NCBI RefSeq assembly: GCF_006345805.1
Contig: NC_042998.1
Span: forward strand, 115,196,001 to 115,260,000
Direction of reading: 5' to 3'
Origin: Octopus sinensis
Lineage: Eukaryota
Length of the DNA: 64,000 nucleotides
Shown: positions 14,759 through 27,330 of the stretch, one piece after another
Numbering within the stretch: the stretch's first letter is position 1
Layout: each line of letters begins with the position of its first letter
Made by a program: the position numbers and the translations under genes
Notes under the pieces: generated by a model
Databases searched by the model: none
The model's input: the letters and a program-made list of their open reading frames with translations, nothing else
What the model was told of the DNA's origin: nothing

Positions 14759-14804
<46 letters not shown>

Positions 14805-14974
14805 TATATATATATTTAATGAAATGGATAAATGAATTATCTTGTTACGGATTATTCAAAATTTAACCGATACCTGTGTAGCAAAAATCACACCAGAAAA
14901 GACACGGTTGAGGTTAGGACCATGGGGTTTCGCCCCCGTGCTTTAGCGCGGATAATTGAAGTTTTATATATTTA

Positions 14975-15344
14975 GTGAAGGGAAGAAATGGAACCGAACG
15001 AAGATTCTACAAAATTCCTTTTTATTATTTTCTACACATATTTCAAAGGCTGCAAATTCCCAAATTCCGATTGAATAAGGAGACCATTCTGCAGCTTTCT
15101 CTTCAGGAAAATCCAATATGCAGTTTTGTGCCATTTTTACCATGGGCTCCTAGAGAGCGTTTTGTTCGAAAAGCTTGCTGCGCATTTGTTTTGAGATTTT
15201 AAATTCCTGGATTTTCCTGCAGAGAAAGCTGCAGAATGGTCTCCTTATTCAATCCGAATTTGGGAATTTGCAGCCTTTGAAACATGTGTAGAAAATAATA
15301 AAAATGAATTTTGTAGAATCTTCGTTCGGCTCCATTTCTTTCCT

Positions 15345-15348
<4 letters not shown>
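14975..15348. mobile_element. Symmetric fold-back element (141-bp arms, 92-bp spacer, TA at both ends) with an HHR in each arm
   Basis: Arms 14975-15115 / 15208-15348 match at 135 of 141 positions; HHR layouts at 15027-15112 (-) and 15211-15296 (+). Confidence 0.8.
15027..15112 (-). ncRNA. Type I hammerhead motif with long stem II
   Basis: AUUUUC-CUGAAGA-[55-nt stem II, GCUGCA/UGCAGC core]-GAAA-U(AUGU)G-UA^-GAAAAU; 6-bp stem I and U.G wobble in stem III. Confidence 0.6.
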
Positions 15349-15391
<43 letters not shown>

Positions 15392-15551
15392 TATATATAC
15401 ATATAAACTCTTTCTCTTTTATACTCTTTACTATTTTAACTTGTTTCAGTCATTTGACTGTGGCCATGCTGGAGCACCAGCATTTGTTGTCAAGCGACCG
15501 TTGGGGGAACAACACAGACACAGAAATATATACACATACATACATACGTAC

Positions 15552-15583
<32 letters not shown>

Positions 15584-15594
15584 TATATTATATA

Positions 15595-15714
<120 letters not shown>

Positions 15715-16619
15715 ATATTACATATATATATACACTATAGATGAAGAAGGCGGGAAAGAGTTTGATAACAGGTAAACAAGTAAAAAGACAGACTGGTAGA
15801 TTGAGGAATAGCTAGCTAGCTAGATAGATAGATAGATAGATATACACTTGAAACACACTCCAATGTGTGAATCATTTACGCAAAAACATATACATTCATA
15901 TCTATAATTCATTGTGATCACGCATCTAGTTAGAAATAACAGCCAGTCAGTCCCATCCACAAATCACACGCCAGAATTAAATGCGAAAATAGATGTGGGA
16001 GAACATTCCCTTCGGTGTAGATATATGATTAAGAAACCCTCAGTAGATGTGTATATATGCGTTTACATACATATATACATACATACATACATACATACAT
16101 ACATACATACATACATACATACATACATACATACATAGTAGCGCCGTCAACACCGGACGTGCAGGTTTAAAAAGTCCGTTTTGAACGCCTTCTTTTAGAA
16201 ATATACCGACTTCTCCTGCCTAAATCCGTAACTGGTTTACTTCTCGAATAATTAATAAGAGAAGTTTAAAAAGTTCCCCGGGTCGAGCGAGATTTTGTTT
16301 TAGCGTTATTGCCCTGTCAACCAAGCAAAACTTGTTTGCTCCCGTTTATATAAGCCCCAGATAGTTGAAGGAGTTTCTATTTAATTATGTATAGGTTTCT
16401 TCCTTTTGTAAGCGGCAGATGCAGTTGACCAAGGACGCGATATTGTGCTTTTCTGGTATACTAAAAAATAGTCTTTGTCCCCCCACCACGGCTGAACAGC
16501 TGGTATTTATTTTATAAAAAGGTAAGTAAAGACAATATGGCCACTGGACTTTCCACGTAAACAATATCAACATCTCACATTGTGTTTACTATACCAGTAC
16601 TCCCCATTGTGTTTACTAT

Positions 16620-16830
16620 ATAGCATGTCGCCTATTGGTAAGGTTGTTGTACTTATGATCGTTAGGGTATAATTTTGATTTTCGGACAGGACGGAGCTTT
16701 GTGTTCTTGAACAAAATACGTTATTTCACGTTGCTTCAGTCTGCTCAAATGTAAACGAGTAACTCTACAATGGAGTGACATCCTGCTCCGAGCATTTATG
16801 CGCTATGGATACCGGGTATCAGATTTTACG
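16620..16830 (+). mobile_element. Old degenerate tRNA-derived SINE (CORE/V-like)
   Basis: TGTGTTCTTGAACAAAATACGTTATTTCACGTTGCT resembles the domain at 25635-25670. Confidence 0.4.
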
Positions 16831-17329
16831 AGTGTTAAGACTTGAGAGAGTAGTATCCAGCGATTGATGACGATGATGACTTATACCAACGTCTGGACAA
16901 CTCGACTGGACCTACTGATTTTAACCCCAAAATTATTCAGCCGTACAAAAATTTCCATCATCAACTCTGATGGAGACCAGATCTAAATTAAATGAAAGTA
17001 AGGCAACAGAAGCTTGAAATCGATTCAAACACCTTCGACTTTTGCAACATATCCTTTCGACGACACCCAAGTGTCGAACTCTACCCATGGCTCAAGTTTA
17101 TATGCATGAGACAACTAATACCTTCATAGTTGGAAGCACCTTCTCAGAAATCATATTCTGATAGATAACCAGAAGTACACACCCGTGAATTTGTACAGTT
17201 GTACCGTTAAATGTCGTCAGAAGTGAATATATAGAAATCATTGATCTGGTTCTCCGTCGGTTACGAAGACGAGGGTTACAATTGAACCGATTAACGGAAC
17301 AGTCTGCATGTGAAATTATCATGCAAGTA

Positions 17330-18619
17330 CGAGGGACGTTCAATAAGTAATGCCCCTGACCCACTTCCCATAGAAGTAGAGCAACGAAACTTGGCACAGT
17401 TATTAGTCTTTTTCTACATAGGAATCATCCAGAGTTACGCACTTCTCCCATCGTTTGATGCAGCTCTGGAGACCATTTTTGTAGAAGATCCCAGCTTGGT
17501 CCTCCAACCACGACGTGACTTCAGAAATCAAGGATGCATCATCTGGGAAACGCTTTCCTTTCAAAATCAACTTCATGGCTGGGAACAGATGAAAATCAGA
17601 GGGTGCAAGGTCAGGAGAGTAGGGGGATGGGGGAGGAGTTCATAGCCGCACGCCTGTGCTTCTGATCTGGCGACAAGCGAGTTGTGGACCGGAGCGTTGT
17701 CCTGCAGGAGGAGGATGCCTTTGCTGATCTTGCCCCGCCTCTTGATTTTGATAGCTTCTCTTAATTTCAAAAGTGAAGCATAATAGGCTCCCGTAATTGT
17801 GGTACCCTTTGCGAGGAAATCTGTCATCACTACTCCGTCCTGGTTCCAGAAGACTGTGAGCATGACCTTGCCAGCGGAGGGCTGCACCCTTGCCTTCTTT
17901 GGAGGAGGTGAGTCACGGTGCTTCCACTGCATTGACTGGGCTTTGGTCTCTGGATCATAGTGATGGATCCAGGTTTCATCCTGTGTAATCAGTCTTTGGA
18001 AAAGTTTTGACTCATTTTCTTGGCACGTCTCCAAATTCATCCTCGAGCACTCGAAGCGTTCTTGCTTCTGGAAAGGTATGAGCAACCTGGGAATCCATCT
18101 GGCAGACACCTTTTGCATATGCAAATGGTCATGAATGATAGTTTCCACAGACCCGGTACTAATCTTGACCTCATTGGCTATTTGGCGAATAGTTATGCGT
18201 CGATCTTCCAAAATGGCAGCCTCAAATTGACGGACAGATGCCTCACCAATGGCAGAAGGGGGTGCGACCAGATCTGGGAGCTGTTTCCACAGAGTTCCGA
18301 CCACATTTGAATTCACGATGCCAGCGTTTTACAAGGTCATATGATGGGGCATCATCACCATAAGTTACTTTCATTTCATCAAAAGTCTCCCGTGGTGTGC
18401 GTCCTTTCAAATACAAAAGCCGGATCACTGCTCGACACTTAACAGGCTTCATTTCACATTTGACTCAGTTCAAACACCCGTAAATTAGAAACCACAATTA
18501 ATTCAGAGCTGTAATTTTCCACTGTAGATATAGATATATAAATAATAGCGCATGCAAAATTTCAGCTAGCTAGACCAACTGCAAGTGGGTCAGGATCATT
18601 ACTTATTGGACGTCCCTCG
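17330..18619 (-). mobile_element. Full-length mariner transposon (irritans-like, DD34D), 1290 bp
   Basis: TIRs CGAGGGACGT(T/C)CAATAAGTAATG..CCTGACCCACTT and TA TSD at 17328-29 and 18620-21. Confidence 0.95.
17388..18452 (-). pseudogene. Mariner transposase with two 1-bp frameshifts
   Basis: HTH N-terminus (MKPVKCRAVIRLLY..), WIPRLL, QDETW, QDNAPVH and YSPDLAPSD with 34 residues between D2 and D3; +1 at about 18263 and -1 in the G run near 17622; ends ..YVEKD*. Confidence 0.9.
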
Positions 18620-18989
18620 TAGCTAAACAGTCCACAGTCACGCGTACCCATAACGTAGTGCTCAGAGAAATTCAACGTGAAACAGAATGTGACAAGACCG
18701 GAACTTTGAATACAGGTACGACTCATTTTTGCCAGCTGGAGAAACGTGAAATGACATGTCTTGCTCAAGGACACAACGCGCCCCGGAAATCGAACTCACG
18801 ACCTTATGATCGTGAGCCGCTTACCCTAAACACTAAGCCACGTGCCTTTACAACTCATTGATAAACAGTGAATTAACAGCCAGAATATTAAATCCCATTT
18901 TATAGAATATATTAATCAAGAACGAACATCAAAATATTCGGAGCTCAAAAGCCATAGGGTAACAAGTAAACCATCCAGATGCGACAACC

Positions 18990-19830
18990 AATACAGCATG
19001 TGGTAATAGTACTGAGGATGTTACCCACATCATAAGGAGTTATCCGAAAATGCCGCAAAATCCGTTGAAAGGATAATCCTGAAGACACAAATATAAGATA
19101 TAGCGATGGAGAAAGCACCATTACTTATAATATGAAAGAATACTTGTGCCATATTCCAATCAAACATTCAATAGATTGCAGGTGTAACAGATCAGGTCTA
19201 ATAAACAGAAACGGAGAAGAGAGGTTACGCATTCTTGTTCAAATTTTTTAACAGATGCTGCAGAGTAGATATAATGCTAAATATTAATGGAAAATAAGAC
19301 ATCTAAGTTAAATTGATGAGAAATCTGTAGTCACTCCGTTTGGGCTGGTTTAGCTCTCCTTGCCAAAGTTTGGTCCCAGCCCCAACAGGATCCGCCAAAC
19401 ACATATCGCTGCAAACCTCTAGCGTCTTCGCTCGCATGAGCAAAGTCGCAGCTTTTACAGTCTCTCTCAGTAAGTAGCCCTGCTTCTTCACTGATACAAC
19501 CTTCGTGGTGTAGCACCGCTGAAATGTCTTAAGTTTCGCTATTACTTTGACGATCCTGTTGGGACAGGCACCAAACTTTGGCAAGGATAGCTAAACCGGC
19601 CTCCGAACTGGACGTCGCTGCACTCTTTCCGCTGTACCATTTAGAGTGAGGAACATATACTGCAATAGCTTAAGATTTAAGGGCCCGCAGCTGTTCAACG
19701 CCTTGCCAAAGCTTCAAGGCGTAGGGGAAGATATCTTCAAGAAACAACTTGTCCTCCTGCTATCCATGTTCTCAGATGAACTTATATCAAGGTAGGAAAC
19801 TCAAAAGAAGTGTCGAACTCGCTTCTTCAC
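18990..19830 (+). mobile_element. CR1-like LINE 3' remnant interrupted by a fold-back element
   Basis: RTGRRC..NIYCNSLRFKGPQLFNALP..FKKQL at 19605-19760; weaker ERL..RY..WKI-like remnant before 19310. Confidence 0.5.
19310..19601. mobile_element. PLE-type inverted remnant
   Basis: 50-bp inverted arms 19343-19392 / 19552-19601; heavily degenerate HHR-like motif at 19486-19533. Confidence 0.5.
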
Positions 19831-19970
19831 CAAAAGCTAATCACGTAAGGTTGTCCATTGAAAAGTTGATTATACAGGCGATGCTCCACCAGGGCCACAA
19901 TTTTTGAGCTGAAACATATCAAAGAATAAAAAAACAAAAGAATATGTATATATATATAAATACACACACA

Positions 19971-20064
<94 letters not shown>

Positions 20065-20067
<3 letters not shown>

Positions 20068-21304
20068 GGGTTGGACAAAATAATAGAAACACTTAGCATC
20101 ATAGTATCATAATTTTGAAGTTATCTATAAAACCATCAAAAGCTTGTTTACTTTCATATTTTTTGATTTACTATTAGTGTTGCTGTCTCTTTTCAGATAT
20201 CATCGGGAATAAGGTAATTAAAATTCATTCAAATGACAAATCTATCGGACTTTCAAAGAGGTCAAATTGTTGGTGCTCGTATAGCAGGCGCTAGCGTAAC
20301 GAAAACAGCCGAAATGTTTGGTGTATCAAGAAGTACTGTCTCGAAAGTAATGACAGCCTTTGAGAAAGAGAGAAAAACCTCCTCGTCGAAACAAAACTCC
20401 AGAAGAAAACTAAAACTTTCAGATAGGGACCGTCAGACTATTATGCGAATTGTTAGAAAGGATCACAAAAGTACAGCTCTCAAATCTACTGCAGAGGTTA
20501 ATGACCACTTCGAGAACCAAGTTTCCACAAAAACTGTTCGCCGGGAGCTGCACAAAGTCGGATTTTACTGGAGTGTTGCAATCAGAAAACCACTACTTTC
20601 AAAAACAAACGTTACAAAGCGATTAGAGTAGAGTAAAAACCAACAGAATTGATCTCTAGAACATTGGAAGAATGTTATTTTCTCGGACAAGTCATCCTTT
20701 ACCTTATTTCCAACCACCGGTCGAGTATACGTGTGGAGACTGCCAAAAGAAGCATTTGATCCAGACTGCCTTCTTCTAACTGTTAAACATAGATGAGGAT
20801 CTGTGATGATTTGGTAAAAATCCGCCGACCGAATGGTTTCCCTTCGTAGCATGATTGATCGTCAAGACTATTTAAGCATTTTATCTGATCAAATGCATCG
20901 TATGGTTGCGGAACTGTCCCCGTAGGTTAACGCAATCTTCCAGGATGATAATTCACCAATTCACACAGCCAAAGTTGTTACTGAATGGCACGAGGAACAT
21001 TTTAGTGAAGTTGAATATCTTATTTGGCCACCACAGTCTCCATACCTCAATATTATTGAACATTTATGGTGCATTTTAGAAAAAAAAGTACAGAGCCGAT
21101 ATCCTTCACCATCATCACTACAAGAACTGGAGACAGTTTTAGCTGAAGAATGGACAAAAATTCCTTTGGAAACAATTCAAACTTTGTACGAGTCCATACC
21201 TCGTAGAATTCAAGCTGTAATTACTGCCAAAGGAGGTCCTGCTCCATATTAAAATAAATTTGTTTGAAATTGTAAGGTATTTCCATTATTTTGTCCAACC
21301 CCTG
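20065..21304 (+). mobile_element. Tc1-family transposon (DD34E), decayed, in (TA)n
   Basis: TIRs CAGGGGTTGGACAAAATAAT(A/G)GAAA; 1240 bp. Confidence 0.95.
20233..21252 (+). pseudogene. Tc1 transposase pseudogene
   Basis: Paired-like HTH (LSDFQRGQIVG), VIFSDKS, FQDDNSPIH, WPPQSPYLNIIEHLW, ends KGGPAPY*; several stops and an internal deletion. Confidence 0.9.
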
Positions 21305-21319
21305 CATATATATATATAT

Positions 21320-21662
21320 GGTAAAGACCTCCTTAAGTTATGAATGACCATGGGATTGCACCTAGAAAGGGAAAGCCCCCCCCCCCCCCGTCACAGAAGT
21401 CAGGGCAAGGTTGTTTGTGGAAGACCACCATTCGCCCATGCATACCAAACTTCTCTCGTTATGCCACCGATGCTATCCAAGAGAAGGGTCAATACAGCTT
21501 GGCACCGTGACGTCACAATTTCTTTCTTCCGCTGAGTGAACTGGAGCAACTCGAAATAAAGTGTTTTGCGTAAGAACACAGCACACAGCCCCATCCGAGA
21601 ATCGAACTTACTATGTCAATATTGTGAACCCGACATTCTAACCACTTGGCCATGCATCTTCA
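21320..21662 (-). mobile_element. tRNA-derived SINE (CORE-like, distinct tail)
   Basis: Minus-strand ATGGCCAAGTGGTTAG A-box, AGTTCGATTCTC B-box and CTTACGCAAAACACTTTATTTC domain. Confidence 0.7.
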
Positions 21663-21686
21663 CAATGTGTGTGTGTCTGTGTGAGA

Positions 21687-21783
<97 letters not shown>

Positions 21784-22258
21784 ATGTATGTATGTATCAT
21801 GCATGTGTGGTGTGTGTCTGTGCTAAACTGTAAAAGCACGTGTACTTCACCAGTATGCGCGCGTCTGTCAGTCTGGTGTATACATGATGTTTGTGGTATG
21901 CATGCCTCTGAATACGCCAGATTATCTTTTCGTACCTATATGCTAATATATGTGTGTGTGCGTGTGAGTGAGTGTATTATATGTCTTTGTGGGTTTGTGT
22001 GTATGCGATGAGATGCGTCTGTACATGTATGTATGTTTGTATGTGTATAAACATAAACATTTATACATATTGTGCTGTATGAAGTGATGTTAATAAGCAC
22101 ACAACAACATTGATTCACATCTGACTGTTTAAGATTGAGATGATGTGAATGTCACCATGCCTCAATTAGTGATTAGTTAATTACAAGAATGACGCTGATT
22201 TGATTCTCCATAGATAGACACGTACATAAATACCGGTAGACGTACAGACACTTTCAAG

Positions 22259-22301
<43 letters not shown>

Positions 22302-23373
22302 ACACATATTCACACACACACACACACGCACACGCACGCACACAGAAACACACACACAAACACACACACAAACACGCATATATGCATACAAGTATATGTG
22401 TATGCATGTACACTCACAAACACATGTCTATGTATGTATGTATGTATGTATGTATGTATGTATGCATGTATGTATGTTTGTATGTGTATATTATTTTATA
22501 CACTTCTCATCTTTAACTATACATAAAGTAATAACATTTTTTAAGAAAATGAAAGAAGAAAAAAGCGCCAACGAAATGAAAAAGTGGAAAAAATGTTTGT
22601 CGTTGTTTATTGAGCTTTCTTTACCAAATCCAAAGAAAAAAAGTTAAAATAAACAAACAAGTTAAACAGATATATAAACAAATAAATAAATAAACAATTT
22701 CCATTTGCTATTTATTAATTAAAAGCAAATTAGAAAGCTATTTGTATTTTGTCTAAACAAAATACAGATGGATATGAATTTTTTTCGCTTTGTTCGTTTT
22801 AATTTATTGTTTTTCGTTTGCGTTAGTAGATTTCTCCGTTTGGCTGATCGTTTTGGAAGACAAACGAAAAGTCTGTTTAATTATGCTTCAGACTGTTATA
22901 TGTAAGTGAAGGTAGGGAAGTTTTTAACAATTTTTTCTTCTGTATTTTTTGAAATCTTGCGTCTAAAATAATTGCGTGAGCTTCTTTATCACTTTATATT
23001 CTAATTATCAGTTTCTTTCTTAAATACCAACGAAAGCTCTTGTTTAATCAACAATATTGTTATAAATACTCGACATGCACAAAAGTGACGTGACGAAACA
23101 TTACAGTAAAACACAGTAAAACACTCACGCATACATCATACATAGTGATGCACTGTCATACACGTACACACCGACAGACATATGTGCAAACTCTCCTACG
23201 TACGTTGACACACAAATACATATATAAGTGCAACAACATGCGTTAGTATAAACTTAGGCAAAGAAATATAAACCCAAAACATATAAAGATATATATATAA
23301 GTCATAAATAAGAACACACGCAACCCGACACATGTACAAATGTATTCGACTGTTTTAAATCGTGTACATACTG

Positions 23374-23748
23374 TTTTACTTGTTTCAGTCATTTGACTGT
23401 GGCCATGCTGGAGCACCGCCTTTAGTCGAGCAAATCGACCCCAGGACTTATTACCGGGACGGAAACACACCAGCATCGGTTGTCAAGCGATGTTGGGGGG
23501 TGGGATAAACACAGACACACAAACATATGCACACACATACATACATATATATATACATATACATACATATATATATACATTTCCTCTGTCTTCCCTTCTC
23601 GGGATCTTTCCTTCTCCTTTGTTTCCAACGAAGAGCTCCGCTCGAAACGTTAAACCCTCCTTCCCTCCTTTCCTGAGCGTCAAATAATACTTTAATTGTT
23701 CCACGTCCTCGCGTTGCTGTGTTTTTTTCTGTGTTTTCCTGTTTGGAT

Positions 23749-23784
<36 letters not shown>

Positions 23785-23964
23785 CATACATACATATATA
23801 CGACGGGTTTCTTTCAGTTTCCGTCTACCAAATCCAACTCACAAGGCTTTGGTCGGCGCGAGGCTATAGTAGAAAACACTTGCCCAAGGTGCCACGCAGT
23901 GGGACTGAACCTGGAACCATGTGGTTCGTAAGCAAGCTACTTACCACACAGCCACTCCTACGCC
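23374..23964 (-). mobile_element. SINE family A with a PLE-type fragment (about 23575-23752) inside its internal microsatellite
   Basis: Head 23805-23964 and tail 23374-23515 match 5409-5824; the insert carries GAAGAGCTCCGCTCGAAACGTTAAAC. Confidence 0.8.
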
Positions 23965-25020
23965 TGTTTATGTTGTGGGTGTACAATCATACAGTTATGA
24001 CACAGCCAAATGACTGAGCAGTTGGCTTTGGAAACTTGAGGTTTCAGGTGTGATCATAGAATATGACTCATTGTGAATGTGAAAATGTTTCTGCTATACT
24101 CTTCGGAAGAAATCGTTCAGAAAGGGGCTGTGTGGAAGTCGAGCGAATAGTATGTACATAATTAAAAATCTAGCCTTATTTCATACACCATGCCCATTTG
24201 ATTCAGGTTGAGGATTATGGTAAGGGTAGCAGTATATTTGGTATATTCAACAATTTACACAATAGAGAAAACTATTGTAGGTAGTTAAGACCGTACATAT
24301 GTTTTTGAGAATGATGGTAAATTTCATATTAAACTAATAATCAATATCACAAGAAAACTTTCTGTAGGAACAGGATTCGATTTCAAACAACTAAAGCTTA
24401 TTCTTCAAAATGCCGCAAAAACTGCGCACATTTATATGTGCTACGTATAAAGATCATGGGGAAGTATTTTTTTTGGAAATTGAATGGACTATAATCAAAT
24501 TAAAAATCAAAATCTCAACAAAATGCCGTTCGTGAAGAAATCTAGTTTAAATGGGGCAACAAAAACAACACCATTCACCGTACATGATCATGCCGTTATT
24601 ATTCAATTTATTGAAAGGGATATGCACAATTCATGCATTATAGGTGACACAGGTTTCGTGTGTTAAATTTTATGCATTGTATTTAAATTGTTTGAATATT
24701 CTTGGAGACACAATCTCAGGATAGAACATGTCTATATTTGCCTGGCAAAACAGTTTGGAATTCCTTAGCATAAAACCTACGTCACTGCATGTCTTAGATC
24801 ATGACAATTTAAAGATTTGATGTAATGATTATTTTACAAGCAAAAGACCAGATAGTATTAATAGCGTGATATTTTTCCATGACAAACTGACGATAATGTG
24901 CTCATAGGGAACATAACACTAACAAATAACTTTAACGTTTTGTAGAAGTGACCTGAAGAGAAGCGATTATACTGACATAGTTGTTGAATTATAAACATCA
25001 TAGGAGTTACGGGATGGGTT

Positions 25021-25329
25021 TTTTTTTGTTTGTTCCTTTTCGAGCCATGCCTGGCTCATAAGGGCCGGTTTCCCGGTTTCTTGGCGTATAGGTTCCCCAC
25101 CTGGACGGGACGCCGGTCCATCGCAAGTGAGCTGCAAGATGCAGGAGGAAAGAGTGAGAGAAAGTTCTGGCGAAAGAGTCAGCAGAAGTCTCGCCATTAC
25201 CTTCTGCCGGAACCGCGTGGAGCTTAGGTGCTTCGCTCATAAATACACACATCTTCCGGTCTGAGATTCGAACCCACGATCCCTCGACCGCGAGTTCGCT
25301 GCTCTAACCACTAGGCCATGTGCCTTCAC
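25021..25329 (-). mobile_element. tRNA-derived SINE with V-domain-like centre and A-rich tail
   Basis: ATGGCCTAGTGGTTAGAG A-box, GGTTCGAATC B-box, GCGATGGACCGGCGTCCCGTCCAGG; perfect 12-bp TSD ACGGGATGGGTT at 25009-20 and 25330-41. Confidence 0.85.
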
Positions 25330-25554
25330 ACGGGATGGGTTAACATCCCATGTGCAGTTGGTACAACTGGAATGATAGTCTGGCAACTGATTACCAATAA
25401 GGATAGGCATTGGAACATTCTAGAAATTGTTACAGCATCCTCACAGCTTATATTGGTCTTAAACATGTTTACGAATTTCACCACCTTTTATTTTACACGA
25501 GGTAACTGTTTACATATTTATCAAACCATAAATAAATAAGAGGGGAGTAGTATA

Positions 25555-25878
25555 ATGAAAGAGTGCGGCTTAGTGTTTAGGTTATTCAGCTCACTATCGA
25601 AACGTCGTGAGTTCCATTCCCGGCGGTGCGTTGTGTCGTTGAGCAAGACACTTTATTTCACGTTGTTCCAGTACACTCGGTGGGTAAAAGTGAGTGGTAC
25701 CTGTATTTCAAAGAGCCAGCCTTGTCACATTCTGTGCTACGCAGAATCTCCCTGAGAACTACGTAAAGGATACGCGATTCTGTGGAATGCTCAGCCACTT
25801 GCACGTTAATTTCACGAGAAGGCTGTTTCATTGATCGGATCAACTGAAACCCTTGTCGTCGTAACCGACGGAGTGACT
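25555..25878 (+). mobile_element. SINE family C
   Basis: GGCTTAGTGTTTAGG head, GTTGTGTCGTTGAGCAAGACACTTTATTTCAC domain, ..CGTAACCGACGGAG end. Confidence 0.8.
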
Positions 25879-25942
25879 GTGCCAGTAGTACTGCTTAGAA
25901 GAATTTTAACAAAACAACAGTAATAACAACAACAACAACAAT

Positions 25943-26290
25943 AATATTTGACTTTACAGTCCCAAATGAGGAAAAACAATATGCGAAGTATAGAAAAAAA
26001 TACAAAGTACCAGAACCTAGCTATTGAATTACAGAGGCTATGGTAAGAGCTGGAAAATTGTATCCCAGTAGTTATATATGCATTGGGAACTATCCCTAAA
26101 GATATGAACAGATGGAAAGAGGAAATAGACATAAAACCCAGATTAGTACACCAACTCCAGAAAACAGTGTTATTGAGGATAGCTAGGATACTTAGGAAGG
26201 TTCTTGGCATATTAAGTTACTTGCTGTAACCCAATAGGAGGGTTCTTGGTATCTAAAACTACTTGTAGCCCGATGTTAGGATTGTTTTCT
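25943..26290 (+). mobile_element. R4/Dong-like LINE C-terminal restriction-like endonuclease remnant and 3' end
   Basis: DFTVPNEE..KYQNLAIELQRLW..IPVVIYALGTIPK..LQKTVLLRIARILRKVL. Confidence 0.75.
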
Positions 26291-26319
26291 TTTCCAACAG
26301 TCTAATCTGTTGAGTGAGT

Positions 26320-26357
<38 letters not shown>

Positions 26358-26378
26358 AAGAAGAAGACCAGAAATTTC

Positions 26379-26463
<85 letters not shown>

Positions 26464-26639
26464 AATAGATTACATCGACTGCAATGTTTCATTGATTTAT
26501 CGACCACGGAAAGATGAAAAGCAAAGTCAACCCCAGCAGAATTTGAACTCAGAACATGAAAACAGACGAAATGCTCCAAAAGCATCTCGCTCGGCGCGCT
26601 AACAATTCTGTCTCCTCGCCACTTGATGGTTGTGCTGAG

Positions 26640-27330
26640 AATGATTTCCTTGAGGGAAATACTGCAGAAGGAAAAGTTGGCGTATGATCTGAGAAGTGTT
26701 AAAGGAAAGCTTAATCAACTGCTATTTATTGGTGATTTGAAGTTGTTTACAAAAGATGAAGCAGAATGAAACGGTGTTATCCATTCTGCGCGGATTTTCT
26801 CAAATGATATCAAAATGGAATTAGGACTTTCAAATTATGCTGTGTTGGTGATGAAACGAGATAAGTTTTTCAGAACGGAAGGTATGAAAGGATGAAGGTA
26901 ATGGAACCTGAATCCGGACATAAAGACCTGGGAAGACTAGAGGCAGATGGAATTAGGCATAACAATATAAAATAAAAGATAGAGTATCTACGGCGATTGA
27001 GAAAGATACTGGATTCAAAATTGAATACCAGATATACAACTTTGGCAACAGATTTGCGTGCAGTTGTAGTGGTACGGTATGGCGCTAAAATTCTGAAGTG
27101 GAGAGAGGATAAGCTAAAGTGTTGGAGCATGAAGACAAAAGAGCTCCTAACAATGCATTATCTACGTGCTTACACTGATGGTCTATGAGAGCAAATAGGG
27201 AAAGGGAACTGATATTTGTGGCGGACTGTATGCGAATTGAACATGGGGTTTTCAGAGATATCTGAAATGAAATCTAAATGAAGAAACCTTGTGAGTGGTA
27301 GTTAGAGATGAGGGCTTACTGAAATCAGGA
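26640..27330 (+). mobile_element. R4/Dong-like LINE reverse transcriptase remnant
   Basis: LNQLLFIGDLKLFTK..IFSNDIKMELGL and RKILDSKLN..VVRYGAKIL..KTKELLTMH. Confidence 0.8.

Larger units (their letters stand above)
17246..18849 (-). mobile_element. SINE family C split by the mariner insertion
   Basis: Removing 17330-18621 rebuilds ..GACTGTTTAGC-TA-CTTGCATGATAATTTC.., colinear with ..GAATGCTCAGCCACTTGCACGTTAATTTC.. in the 25555-25878 copy. Confidence 0.8.

Noticed and set aside
16578-16620. Short direct duplications (also 57822-57885 and 63835-63868)
   Set aside because: Ordinary slippage duplications of 14-31 bp.
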